In this document: one piece after another, positions 16,449-29,866 of the stretch
Layout: the number at the start of each line of letters is the position of its first letter
How positions within the stretch are numbered: the first letter of the stretch is position 1
Assembly (NCBI GenBank): GCA_040954595.2
Contig: CM082593.2
Span: 3,923,434 to 3,987,433, forward strand
Origin: Balanoglossus misakiensis
Lineage: Eukaryota; Animalia; Hemichordata
DNA: 64,000 bases
Reading direction: 5' to 3'
The notes under the pieces: generated by a model
Database searches by the model: none
The model's input: only the letters and a program-made list of their open reading frames with translations
Told to the model about the DNA's origin: nothing
Program-made: the position numbers and the translations under genes

Positions 16449-16693
16449 CGAACCGAAAATGATGATCTTCCCGGCTTGTCCCAATCGAAGAACCACAGCG
16501 TTCACATTCGTTCAGAGACTACAGACCGCTGTGCATAACCATTTCCGTACGACTGGTCCCAACTGATCTCTGCGCTAAACCAAGCCCGGGCGTCATTCAC
16601 AATGGACATGGAGATCGGTAGGACGAGACATGCTGACTGCGGGAGGTTCTATTCAAGTATGTTTGATTTTCTGTGCGCTAGCTGAGGTAGCAG
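16449..16693 (+). other. Candidate orphan exon containing an ATG and a signal-peptide-like ORF (MLTAGGSIQVCLIFCALAEVA/G)
   Basis: Acceptor-like atttccag ends at 16448, ATG at 16630, hydrophobic 21-codon run, donor GCAG|gtacgt at 16693/16694 (phase 1). No partner exon demonstrated. Confidence 0.25.
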
Positions 16694-19600
16694 GTACGTC
16701 ACGGGCCCCCTTATCTTCCCATAGCCACGGGGCGGATAGATCTTTACACAAGATAGATTTTGATAAGCCTCATCTAAGTCAACACAAAAAAATTAAACTC
16801 TCTTCAGAATTATTTTTGTGGTGTTTACGATTTTGCTGTAATGACTTTCTAGTTTCAGTTTAATGTCACTTAGGAAATAAATCATATGCAGTTGGTTCAT
16901 GTACACGACTATACATCTCTTCATAATGTTAAATTAAGTGAAATGTTTAGTTCCGTGCACCTTAGTCACGTTAGGTCGTATAATACATGAATATCTGGTT
17001 TCATCGTTTTTATCTTGATCTCACCCGTCGCCGAAATTGTAATAGACAAACGCCGGGTAGATTCACTTAAGCATTACAGTTAGCTTCCTGATGCCCGATA
17101 ATCGTGCAATGAAAACTTGGTGGGGGTAAATTCGGAATGACGATCCGCACAGTTGGCGTTTACGATGCCCACTGCAGCGTATATTCATGTGACTTCCTAA
17201 AATGGGTTGCTTGTCTTAACCAGGCTTTACACATGACTCGTGATCTGATTCTGCGTTTCCGGTATAAAATCTCCGATGCATGACAGTTACCTTCCATGAC
17301 CTCCTAGTAGAAGTTTATTTTACAAGTTATGCTGCCTCTGAGATGCTGAAGTTGACATCTTGAGGATAAAAACTACATGCATATGTACAGTCCACGTCTG
17401 AAAGCTAGTATATATACAAGTCCCAGAGCTCCACGATAAAAAGGATGTCTTTGCAGTTTACCTCTGCCAACCTTTATTCTCACCCACTGCTCTTGATGGC
17501 GATGGTTATGATGACAATAATAATGGCAAATGGAGACACGCATTATGTTAAACAACATTGAACAGGACGGCCTTTAGCTGGTATGTCAAACGTGTTCTCT
17601 ATGTCACAACGGGGTGACTGTATACTATTTTGAGGGTTTATTAAGAGCTTGTGAAATTGCCCCCCTCCCACAGAGCAGACCGTCGGCAGTAATTTGGTCC
17701 ACGACAGCTGCTTCGACAAATTCTGCTAGTTTCGCTCATCCGCACGTGCTCCTGCTTCTCAAAAGAGATGTCGGTTGTTATAACTTCTAAAGAGTCAGAT
17801 TCACGCAGTATTTTTCACCTCACAAGCTTCAATCAGGAGACTGCAAAGCACTGAAAGCACGTTCACGACGCCCCCGCTTATGCAAAAAAATTTGGATTAT
17901 CGTACTGTATTCAACGTAATTAGGCAGTATTATCAATGATTTATATGTAGCAAACAATTACGTTACAATTACTTAACATGAAACGCGATAATTTAACACT
18001 CAGCTTGCAGTAACAACATTTTCTTGCTCTATGTACTGCCTAAACTTTCTTGATCAATTCCAAACACATGACGTAAGCTTAGTCTTCAGCCAGTATTAAA
18101 ATTATTAACACAGCCGGCATGAGTAACAAACACCACTATTATTATTATTATTTTTTTAATAATGAATCAAAGTAAGGACTTGAATTCACTTGTAAATAAT
18201 TGCAATTACATGTATATAATAGAGCCTGTGATAATATAACCTAAACTGTAGTTGATACTACCGGTAGACCATAAATAAAATTGTCCTAGGAATAACTGTA
18301 TTAGTCATAGCACCCCTTTCTTAAGTCCGCCAGACAAACACATGAATATATACTTGTATCTCTTTAATTGGACGTGACAGTTTCCATGTTTTATAATGTC
18401 ACGGTTTCAAAAGTAACTGGTGGGTGTATGTGATTAGACCTTTAGATAATTTTATCATGTCTCACTGTGTATCAAGTTATTCAAGTCAATTGATGTACAG
18501 CAATTGAAGAAAGAGGTCACAAAAATACCACATCATTCACCTGAATCAAAAACGTATCATTTGGAGTTGCTCAAATTACAGCAATAAGATTGTCCAACTC
18601 ATTACCTCCACATCGCTCATCTCATCCGAGTTATCTTCTGACATCAATCGGTACTATAGATAAAGATGATTGCCCCCAGACAAATTAAGTCGGCATAATA
18701 GTACAAGTTAAAATGACATTTACGTTAGAAGTGGGTAATACGATTCTGTCCACATTGCCAGCACCTTCGTCGATGAAGAGTAAAGGCACATACTTTTGAC
18801 AGCCAATACCCGCGCCAACGTAACTTAATCATCGGTTATGTCAGTGGAGAGCCACAGCTGCTTAAAATAATTTGTGTGCGGAATGGTTGTAAGTCTTAAT
18901 TGCCAACGGTTTTGATGGTCATTCGATGTAAATGAGTACATATTGCCGTAATCCAAGAAATACCCTGCCAAGGCTGAAAAGTCACAATATGTAGAATAGA
19001 ATTCGATCAAAAATCCGTCAATCTTTTTGCTGACATAAACTTAGACCACATCGAAACTTTACTCATAATATTGCTGTTTTGAGAGTGTAGTGAGAAATGG
19101 ACATGCGCATGTATCAGCACGGTGCTGTAGCATGCAAAACTTTGGAAGTATAGTGGGAAAGTGACTTAACGCAAACTTTATTTCTCACCACAAACTGGAG
19201 TATTATTTGCAGTTGCCCTGGTGAACGAAGCGGGGTTCGTTCGTTATCTGACAGTGCGCGCCGGCCACAAAAGGTTGAAAAAGTTCTACCCGCTGCGAGT
19301 GTTATGAACTAGACATGATTAAGGGAAATCCACGTGGTTTTCATCTTGTTTGCGATGTCATCACATTTAATGGTGTGTCAGATTATAGGAAGAGACCCCA
19401 GTGGGTAAAGAGTACAGTCGATGACATTGCTTTGAATCCACGAATGTCGCATGTCTGTTCAGTGTATTCCTGTTCCTGTGTGACGGTATATTGCGGCATG
19501 AACTGAGGTTACTTCATGTGATTCTGCATTCAATTTCGGTGGCAGCATATTAAACTGTATTGTGTACACAAGCTGAGAAATAAATGAGGCCGTTCTTTAT

Positions 19601-22019
19601 TTAAGAACGTCTAATTTGGCTTCTTCTGACCAGTGTGTTTAAATGATGAATTTGTATTCAAAAGTGAATATGTAAGCATGCAAAAGCACATATGCAAACA
19701 CCAAGTTGATCTAATTGACAGCTGAGCTGTTCAGAGCTTTGATTCAACGATAATATTGCAATCGCAGAATGTATTTCATCTTCGTTAACGTTATGTTTAT
19801 TTCAGAAGTGCACACACTTCTCATCTATTAATTAGACTTTGCAAGGGATTTTGGTATTTACACTTTCTTACACAGATTTGAAGATCCTTAAATGTCGATT
19901 ATTATTTATGATATTTCTATAAATATATAATCAAACCCAGTCACCTGAAAGTCAATTTTACACAGCCTACTGTACGTGACCTGGTCGCGTGTTCTTTCCT
20001 GAATCTATAACACGCTATTTCCTTCACTTAACCATACCATTATATTGCGTTGGTTCCAAATGCTTTGATCTGACGTTATTAAGTTTCTCGTTATAAATAA
20101 TCACATTTAATGAATAAATTAACACTGTGAAATGCACCAAGGTTTAACGGGCACGTGTCATTTAGAGTTTGACAAGTTGTTTCTTTTATAATTGGCCCCT
20201 GGTACATTCTTTGCCTGGTCGAACGCGCCCCAAATCACGCCTGTGATCAAAAGGTGCTCTTATTCAGTTCAACTTTGAGCGAGACTAATGAGTCTAACTA
20301 TTAAGCTAGTTTGTGTTCCAAACCAACCTGTCCGACCCTGTTCAACAATGAAGATTAAACTCAAAGTCAAATTACATGCTGATCAACGAAATAAGTGCAT
20401 TGGCTGATGCCTGCTCACGCGATGATGGGTCCGATGCAGGATGTTCATTATACACTTGACATCTCATTAGTTTTGAGTGTATGCATACTGGTGCCACATA
20501 GCAAGACAATGGAGTCTACTCTCAAACTGACCAATTGATATCTGTCAGTTCTGATATACATCATCATTGATGCTTTTTTTCTTGACTTTTGTATTCCTGA
20601 GAAACAAATGTGATAGAGACGGTTCTGTACTTATCACCTTAACTGTTAAATGTTTAAATGTTTAACTAAATATAAGACACTCTCTCAGCAGATATAAGTT
20701 AATATTTTCCAATGGAAAACGATGTTAACTGATTAATTGGAATCAGTAATCCCTAAAATTGCAGTCAAACACTGCAAATGGACCTTATAATGTATGTGTC
20801 ATTGGACTAGAAAATTGGATTACCAGAGAACCTAGTCACTCTATCTTGAGTCATGTGACCGGACATCGTTTCTGGTTGCCACATGCATTGCCAAGAGCTG
20901 CAGGAAAGAAACAAAACTAAAAGACACTGTCTCATATTCAAAAATGTAATATTGGGTGTTTGGTTTATATACTGCACCTTCGAGTATACGCATAGAAACA
21001 GTAAACCGTACTGCACATAAAAACATAACACGTAGGAATTGTTATTATCAAGGCATTTCTTTTACATTCCCTTATATAATTGGTTTTGAATGTGGTGATA
21101 GCTTGAGGGATAAAGGACTCAGCTACATGATTAGAATGAGCAACCGGATGCCTTGTTCGACCACTTCTCTCCTTTCGTCTCATTTGGCTTCAAGAGGAGT
21201 GGCTGAGAATGTTATTAAGGATAAAGACTAATTTATTTTCAAGTCTGTCGCCGTGGCAGGCCGAGTCGGTCGGTCGGCGCAGTAGATCAATGTGTCCATT
21301 AAGGTAGTACGCGTCACGAGACTGTCAGAAAAAATCACAGTTCTCCAAGCGCTTCAATTCAACAATATATTAAAATGTGTGACAGGATTTTTTGAAAACA
21401 ATGAAGTAAACATGGCTAAGTTTCCATAAAAATTGCTATTTTATATTTTCTTCGCGTAATAAGTTCGCCAAAAGCTTTCTTGTGGTATGCGTTGAACTCT
21501 GTCTCAATCTGCTATATTAGAGTAGGAAACTTTTTAATTTATTGTAGCTTAATTTTCGACATGAGAGGAAACGTCTCTCCCAGTCCCGCCGTACGATTTA
21601 ACATTTAGCTAGTTTTAACCCCAGTTCCTATTGTTGCATGTGTACATCTTGCAAAACTACTTATATTGGTTTTACTGCATGAAACATTTTTCATTGTAAA
21701 TCGGCTATACAAATCCCCATTAAGTCACCTATTGAGCCATTCTGACGCTATATTCCTGAATTAGCCTTAACTTGAATTATTCGGCAGTAAACCGGGACTA
21801 GACGAAACGGTAAAATCATTAGTACCGTATTTATTGTGTCCCCCATTAACGCCGTCATTTCTGTATAAAGAGACTATAAAACTTAGGTAATTCTCATGTA
21901 TTTATTTTCATCTATAAATTATATTTCTGGGTGTCAAATTAAAGTTTACTCAGGGGTGGTGTCTTCTGACTGGTTGTCTTGATGTTAGACGTTGCGAGGT
22001 TACGAGCGTTATATCTTTA

Positions 22020-23105
22020 GTAACTACATGGGGTGTATCCATTTAAATTTGTATTTCCTAAGTGATGATGGCTTGACATTTGACCTGGAGAAGTCATGGA
22101 TCACCCATTAAACTGTGTGGTACACTGAATATTAACGAGTAGCAAAGGCAACTCATTTACGTCGTTTCAAAATGTGAATTCAAGTTGCGAAGCTGAATAT
22201 TTGTTGTCGGGAACTTTTAAGCAAGCACAGTGGTATGATGGGCATGGTGACGCCCGCGTGTACAATAGTGATCGCACAGCTTATGCAGTCCGCTTATAAA
22301 TTAACTGAAGAAATATGGTTTAACACCCACTGGATTGCACGACCTCAAAAACTAATTCTCCAGATGTAGGTTTGTGTAACCTTGAAAGTGTATTGCCGTA
22401 GGATTTGACAAGATCTAGCAAACTATCAGAACCATCTGTCACACGCCTGGCATGACGATTTGACACGGCTATTGCAAGCGGTATGGGGCCCTAATTTTCA
22501 TCCGATATATCATTACTGGGTACAAGAACATCTGTCAAACCATGAACAGCTGTAGTCGCTCAGTCAACCTATCGTTGAACAAACGTCATTTAATGTGTGA
22601 TTGGTTGAAATACGATCAATTGTTTGAATAAAGCAGCCTATACACGGTTTGATTCGAAATTTCGATAAAATAGTAGTTAATTGTTATAGAATACGTACAG
22701 TAAGGACTTGTTGAAAAACTGGGCTTCTCTGAGCCGCCACTAAGAACAAACAAACGCCCACAACATTAAGTTCCAATGGTGCAGAGCTTAATACTAGAGA
22801 CAAGTATAAATGGCCAGTAACCTCTTCTGACTCTCAAGAGCGTACAAGTCATCGATTAGGACAGCTGCAGCAAGTGGTGGATAAGCAAGATGCAGATGTT
22901 GAAAAGGTATCAAACAATTAAAAAGCCTGTATATATATTGTTGTTTATTGTAAATGATGGCCAAAAGTAAACTTTCGTACATGCTAATTGACCGTTGATA
23001 TAGATGTGTGCATCAAGACGAAACTTTATGAACATCTATAGGCGTCTTACAAATGCCAACTTTCAATTTATAATCCTTGCATTTCCCTAGGCATTGAGTT
23101 ATAAC
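22020..23105 (+). pseudogene. Heavily decayed ankyrin-repeat coding relic
   Basis: One frame, 22715-23101, reads KTGLL*AATKN...SNGAELNTRDKY...VVDKQDADVEKVSNN*KACIYIV...DIDV...HL*ASYKCQLSIYNPCISLGIEL. GADV-like motifs recur every 31-37 codons. Further fragments lie upstream (LNKAAY ~22625, KYGLTP ~22311). Multiple stops and frameshifts. Confidence 0.5.
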
Positions 23106-26100
23106 TTGAAATATTAATATGTATTTGCAGTGCGTCAGTCATTAATATGAAATCAAGTCTTCAAATTTACATGAATGCTCTGATTTCACAGTGTTACATC
23201 CTGTCTTGGCTGACCTTGACTTTGACATTGACCCCTTTGAAATTCTCAGTGACAAAGTCGGCCAAGTAAACAAACCTATATAGCTGCGTTTATTTCTTCG
23301 AAGTTTGCACATCATTAATAGACGCAGGCGGCTGTTAAAACATCTCAATACGTGACGGATACAAACAGGGCATGTGCAAAAAAAATTATCTATCGGTACT
23401 GTAGACTTCTCGAATAATATAATAATAATTTAGTATTTACATCTGGTTTCCATTGAGCTGCCATGCGCACAGCGTGTAATTTGGGTTAATAAATGAGTAC
23501 GCGTATCATCTCAACTGAGTAAATTTCTATAGATTGTAACACGTCTTGTTATCATGATTTAAACTTCACATCAGCCCTCTGCAACATTTTAAGATCCCCA
23601 ATTGACCTTTACATGAGGTTGCAAATTACAACATAAATTGATTATCGATGCAATTACCTATTCGGTACTTTTCACTATATAACTTTCCCACATAAAAATA
23701 CCAAAAGCCATTAAGATCTATGGATAGCTTCTTGCAAATAAGCGCTAGTCACACTATGGGTCTAATTCACACTGGGTCCACAGGTTAGAGGAATTCCTCG
23801 CACCAAAATGAAGCCAGCGGCCCGCCATACCAGCAAATGATGTAGTAGTTTGCACATTCTACTTTGTTTGGAAAATAAACAACAGGAATTATAGCACTGC
23901 GTGTGTCTACACGTATTTAGCGAATCAGAGTGCGTACAGGCACGTGTAAGTGTGACCAATTTAAGATACACTTCGGACCAGATGTTTCAACAAATCAAGT
24001 GAAAGTGAAAGGCTTTCAATCACCAGTAGGGTACAGGAAGTCAAGTATCAGTGACTGCTTGAGTAAACAAGTTATAAAATTCTGTCCAATATCACTAGCA
24101 CTGAAAAATCCTCGACAGGAAAGAGTGTAACAAGTGGGCTGCCTTGTTCTAAGTCCAGCTTGGAGATATGCCTGTGGTGTGAGAAATATGTTATCACCTT
24201 TGCCCGCAGCTGCTTAACCTCGGAGTTGTTCCATACAAACCAACGCAGCTAAATTTGACGAAAAAGTGATAATTAGGCTAAACAGAAATTTGAGAAGTAG
24301 GTAATCAGATCAATAGGAAATGCTCTAAAGGTTGAAATGTGATGATGCGCAGGGAAGGAAGCGGTGATTGCACCCGACAATATATCGACACATCTTCATT
24401 GGCACGTCGTCTTTAACGAGATTCTTTCACCCATCATCCGCCCGATGGATGTAAAATACACGATCATCCGGCACAAACATCCATCAATTACTTGTCCTGC
24501 GCTTAACAATAATATTGGTGTCCTCTGGGTAATATAATTCTGCAAGGGTAAGTGCTAACCAGAGAATAGATATGCGTAATTACATTTGCAAGGGCGTTGG
24601 CTGGTTTTTTGATGATCGTAATTGAAATAGTACTCCTCGTAAATCATGTGGTGCGGACATATCATCAATTACTATCTTGTCCCAGGGTGATTGGATACTC
24701 GGCAGAGCAAACCACATCCCTCGACAAAGTTTTAAAATAGTAGCCACATGTTTAGCAATGACAAGATTACGAACATGGTATGAGAATAAGTAAGTCAGTC
24801 TGTTTTTTTTTCGTGAAATTCGCCTTGGATTTCCATAGCGTAGTGCGCCCTCTTTCAGATAGTTTATTTGATAAACTGCTTTCTTGCGTCAGTTTCCAAC
24901 GTGACAAATCAAGGTGGCTGTTTTCACCTCAGCGAAGGAAACATGACACGCACACGCGCCTCATATTTGAACCGAAACACGAACGGTGTTCAGTGCAAGC
25001 AGCGTCCTTTGGAAGATCCGCGCAACACGAGTGAAAAGGCATCGCGAAATCCGATAACATTCTATGCACAGCAGCGCATTTCTCCACACCCTGAAACCCC
25101 ACCACAAACCACAGAACAATCGAACGTCAATGTTGAAAAAAGACGGTGGCTCGAATTCTAGCACGTCATCCTATTCAAGTTGGCGTCTCTGAGAGAATTC
25201 ATGGAAAATGTCAGCAAACCTCCACGGTTCTTCGTTGCATTGACTCCCGCGGAATATCTGATCACAACTTTATCTCTGCTCAGGTTACAAACATCCGTCT
25301 CCTCAGCGCCAGACGGTTTGTCGTCAAACATAATGCCATCATAAAGGACTGGTATGCAAATGAGCCTACTCAAAACACCAAAAAGGAGCATCTATGTCAT
25401 TTTAACTCAAGGTAATCTTGAGAAAAGGCCTTTAAAACAGCTGTAAGACAGCTGAGATCCAAAATGCACGTGAGACTAGGTTTCAGTAAGTTGAAAGAGT
25501 TGTATACTCCACGATACACATATAAAATAGGTACAATGTACTTAATACGTGAATGAGCAATGGGTAATGGTTGCTGTAGATTTTAGAAGCTTGGCATTGC
25601 CTTAAGCTGTCACTGTGACTGTGTCTGCTCGAGTATATGAATACTTATATTATTTGAAAAAGAAATCGAACATGATTACGATCAACTACATTGTGAATGA
25701 CGTGAACACAGACTGTGCAATTATTTCACTCATTGTGTGATATACAGTAAGTCAATGAAAACAGCACAAATGTTAACGGCCACTTCAGCTTATCCCCAAA
25801 GACAACCCATGTCGACACTGGCAAGAATGACGATGAAATGCTAGTCAGAGTTTAAGACACTTATCACGTAACAAATGGAGACTTGTTAATACACAATTTA
25901 GGGGTGATAAGAATCATTTCAGCTTTCCGGTTCCCAGTCACGAAAACGTAACAGCTGGTGAATACATGATGCACCTTCAGCCCGCCAATTGGTTATACTC
26001 CGCTCAAACCAATACAGCGCAAAGGGGAAAGCATTTCTCTCCTTTCAGACATGCACACCCCAACAACCAGACTAATATGTTCTACATATTCCCTACAATC

Positions 26101-28599
26101 TTAAGACCTGACTGCATTCACCGAAATATGAAGTGCTCACCTCAAAAGTTCAAATTTTGGTGTTACTGCATCACCGCATATGCTCTCAGACGGTTACGAT
26201 AGGCAACTAGTCAATCAGATGTAATCAATTGTCGATCAGATAAAAAGCAGCTCCCCACACACAGTTCTCAGCAAATCCCGCAAGACTTAGGCAGTCCGCT
26301 TCCTAGTGAAACGCAATGCACATCATTGTCATATTTTCACAAATATGTGAAGACAATCAATTGTCTTTGACATATTATTACTAACCAGCCGCTGCCAAGG
26401 GAGACTGGAACATTTCATGAAATAAGCCGTTTGAGAGCTCATATTGCGACAAGTAATAAATTAACCGCAATGATAGCGACAGAACGCTCTTGCTTCAAAC
26501 ACCCACACCCTGTAACACGATGGTCACCCACTTTCTATAACGTACAATATAAAACACCAAATGCTATTTCCCAATTTGATGTATTTCGAGAAATGCAATT
26601 TTACATCCTTGGATGATTACACCTCAGACAATGCATCCATATCTAACGTATTCACCATATAATCAACAAGAATTATGGTGAAATCGGCACGGCCTGGATC
26701 ACAGACATCTGAGCTTGTTTCCCCGTCTTTAGAATTGATACATATTAAACGTACGGAAGCTTATAATGTTTGAAAGCAAAAAAATAAAAACAAATCTCTC
26801 GTGATCATGAGAAACTAGCGATTAATGAACTTGTCCCCCCCCCTTTACCCAAGACTACTGATCTGCCACAATTCACCCCCACGTTAAAACAGTATAATCG
26901 TGGCCTATTTATATTAAATATACGAGCTGTTAACATAGTTTTCCCCAAACTGAAGACTGTATTAAACATGATTGGCGTTGATGTGACATCGAAGGTGGGG
27001 TCATTGGCTTGGCGGTGTTTATGCGTTGATATAGCGGGAGAGGTCGAGGGGGTGACAGGACAGAGTGGTATACATCACTGCTCAGGCCCAGGCACCATAC
27101 AGCGAGCTGGTACTTGTGGGCGGGCGGGAATACACAGCATTCCACAGCGAACGATAAAGGAGTCGAATTCTATAAATTTGACTTTAACAAGGTACAGATT
27201 CGTCAGAGGTGAATGAACTTCAAGAGAAAGATACGAAATCAAATTGCTGTCTGTTAAAGAAAACTTGTCAACAACGCGCACGTCATCCGGAATATATAGG
27301 CCACCCTACCTTCAATGACATGCTTTTGCTGCATACGTAACGTTACACGAATGAAATGCATATATGTTCAACTGACAGTTGATGGCTTGCTTTAGTTCCA
27401 ATATGTTTTCCGTCGCAATCCCAAGCAGATGGACATACAACATATTTACACGTTTCTCTCTGCAAAAATGCATTCTAATTAAAAACTCACTGGTGATAAC
27501 TTGAGTTACTCGGTGTTGAATTAATTTTCAGCGCGTTCGCATAACATAAAATACTGCTTCGGGCAATTATTCCATTAAGTCGACAAAATCTGATTCTTTC
27601 CACATATGTTTATTCTGAAATACCGAACAACAACGTATATCCTTAAGCGTCTCCTAATAACATAACATATCCTCGACTTATATCAAGGCCAATTAGAATA
27701 TAGATGATCATGCATTATTCAGATTTCATATAGGTAGTAGTGGTTCAATATTCATTGAAGACAGCTAGAGTGATCCTTGTTTTCGGATGCATGTTAGTTA
27801 TAAACTCAAAGTTCTGGTTTTATTTTATTTCAGAACTGTATTTCTCCGAAAACAGAAAAAATGATGTGTGCTTTATCGATGACAGGGTGCATTATCTCCA
27901 TTGAAAGTGTGTTTTTCACGTAACCCCTGACGCAATTTTCGGCTTCTCGATAAACTTTTGACAAAGAGGCACAGACTGCCAACTATATGCATACATCTTG
28001 CAGCATTATGGGAACAAGCCTCAAAGGCTTTTTGTTTGCTTTTTCCATTAGGTGTGTGCTGACAAGAGTTGAGAAATAGGAAGACCCTAAAAGATCAGTT
28101 GAATAAACCGTTACTGTCTGATCGCAATGGCTTCTCTATACAGGAACTTATCAGGTACATTAACACAGAGTGGGCAGCCATGTTGCATTAATAGAAAACA
28201 AAGAAGTGTATTTAGGGCCCAAGCGCAAGCCAGCGCTTGGGCCCTATTGGTTTCGTTGGGGTTTTTCTTTCTTCTTTCTTTCTTTATTCTTGTGTCAATT
28301 CTTTGTCGCTCTAGATCTCAGACACCACTGCAGGTACACTTCTGAAACTTGCTACAGTGGTCAAGGTCAATGAGTAGTCGTGCATTGAACTCTTGAATTT
28401 TTAATTAGTCACGTGACATGGCGGCCATATTGGATTTTCTGAAAAAATGCAAATCTCAGATCTCAGAAACTACAAGTCAGATTTACTTCAGATTTGGTGT
28501 GCTGGTAGTGTACCTTCTGCCCATCATTTTTGTAATTGGATATTTTGCTGTCAATGTTGCAGTTTTTTTGCTACAGTTGTTTTTCTGAAATCTGGCTTA

Positions 28600-28892
28600 A
28601 ATTTCAAAAATCTTCTTCTCCAGAACCGGCGATAACCGAGTCACGCGGTTTGGGGTATGTGGTCACCAAGCTGAGGTCTATCAAGTTTGCGAAGATCATT
28701 GTGATTGGTCGAAGATTATGGCGGCCATATTGGATTTTAAAAAAACCCTAGTAAAATTTCAAAAATCTTCTTCTCAAGAACCGGCGATAACTGAGTCACA
28801 AGATTTGGTGTGTTTGGTCATTAAACAGATGTCTATCAAGTTTGCGAAGAGGAATGTGATTGGTCGAAGATTATGGCGGCCATACTGGATTT
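28600..28892 (+). repeat. Two ~156-bp tandem units inside the HINE
   Basis: aatttcaaaaatcttcttctc...ctatcaagtttgcgaaga...gattggtcgaagattatggcggccata occurs twice; a partial ATGGCGGCCATATTGGATT copy is also at ~28418. Confidence 0.85.
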
Positions 28893-29182
28893 TGTGAAAA
28901 ACGATTAAAAAGTAAAAATTCCCTTTCTAGCCTAAAAATTGATAGCACAAAAATTCTTTTTACGGATATGAATCATCATATGCCAAGAATAAGCTATAAA
29001 TATTTTGGTAATTTTGGCAATGACCTTTGACCTACTTTTGACACATCGTTTTTTCTGCATATCTAATTCCAGGCTAACCTATAGGGCTATCATTTTGGTT
29101 TTTGATGTATGTGGATTTGTATGTGATCAAAAAATTTCGCTACTTTTCATGACCCCTTTGACCTCTGCTGACCTCATTAAAT

Positions 29183-29780
29183 ATGCACATACCTAATTAC
29201 AGATGAACCAATAGACCTAGAGATTTGGTTTTTGTTGGACATGGACCAGTATTGGGTCAAAATTTGTTGCCCAAATGTTGGGTGACCTCGGGTGACCTTT
29301 GACCTACTTTTGCATATCTCGACATCCACAGCAGATACAGCCTTGGCGTTTGGAGGTATGGGGCCATAATGAAAAGCCAAAGTTTTGGGTCACCTGTGAT
29401 ACCTGCTTAACTCATTATTTATGTGCATACCTAATTCCAGGCTAACCAAAAGGGCTAGAGGTCTGGTTTTTGTTGGACATGGACCACTATTGGTCAAAAT
29501 TTTCTGCCCAAATTTTGGGTGACCTCAGATGACCTTTGACCTACTTTTGCATATCTCGGCATCCAAAGCAGGTACAGCCTTGGCATTTGGAGATATGGGG
29601 CCATAATGAAAAGCCAAAGTTTTGGGTCACCAGTGACACCTGCTTAACTCATCATTTATGTGCATACCTAATTCCGGGCTAACCAAAAGGGCTAGAGGTC
29701 TGTTTTTGTTGGACATGGACCACTATGGGTAAAATTTTCTGCCCAAATTGTGGGTGACCTCTGGGAGACCTTTGACCTAC
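29183..29780 (+). repeat. About 2.5 copies of a ~238-bp tandem unit inside the HINE
   Basis: catacctaatt...ttttgttggacatggacca...gacctttgacctac recurs from ~29183, ~29421 and ~29658. Confidence 0.9.
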
Positions 29781-29810
29781 GTAACACTATATCAGCACCA
29801 AACATACATA

Positions 29811-29866
29811 TAACCTTGATATTTCATGGGATAAAACATAACCTTGATATTTCATGGGATAAAACA
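29811..29866 (+). repeat. Perfect 28-bp tandem duplication
   Basis: TAACCTTGATATTTCATGGGATAAAACA x2. Confidence 0.9.

Noticed and set aside
24780-25415. Cluster of ORFs on both strands in a moderately GC-rich patch
   Set aside because: No frame gives a recognisable protein or a consistent exon chain; it may be a decayed element, but I cannot support a call.
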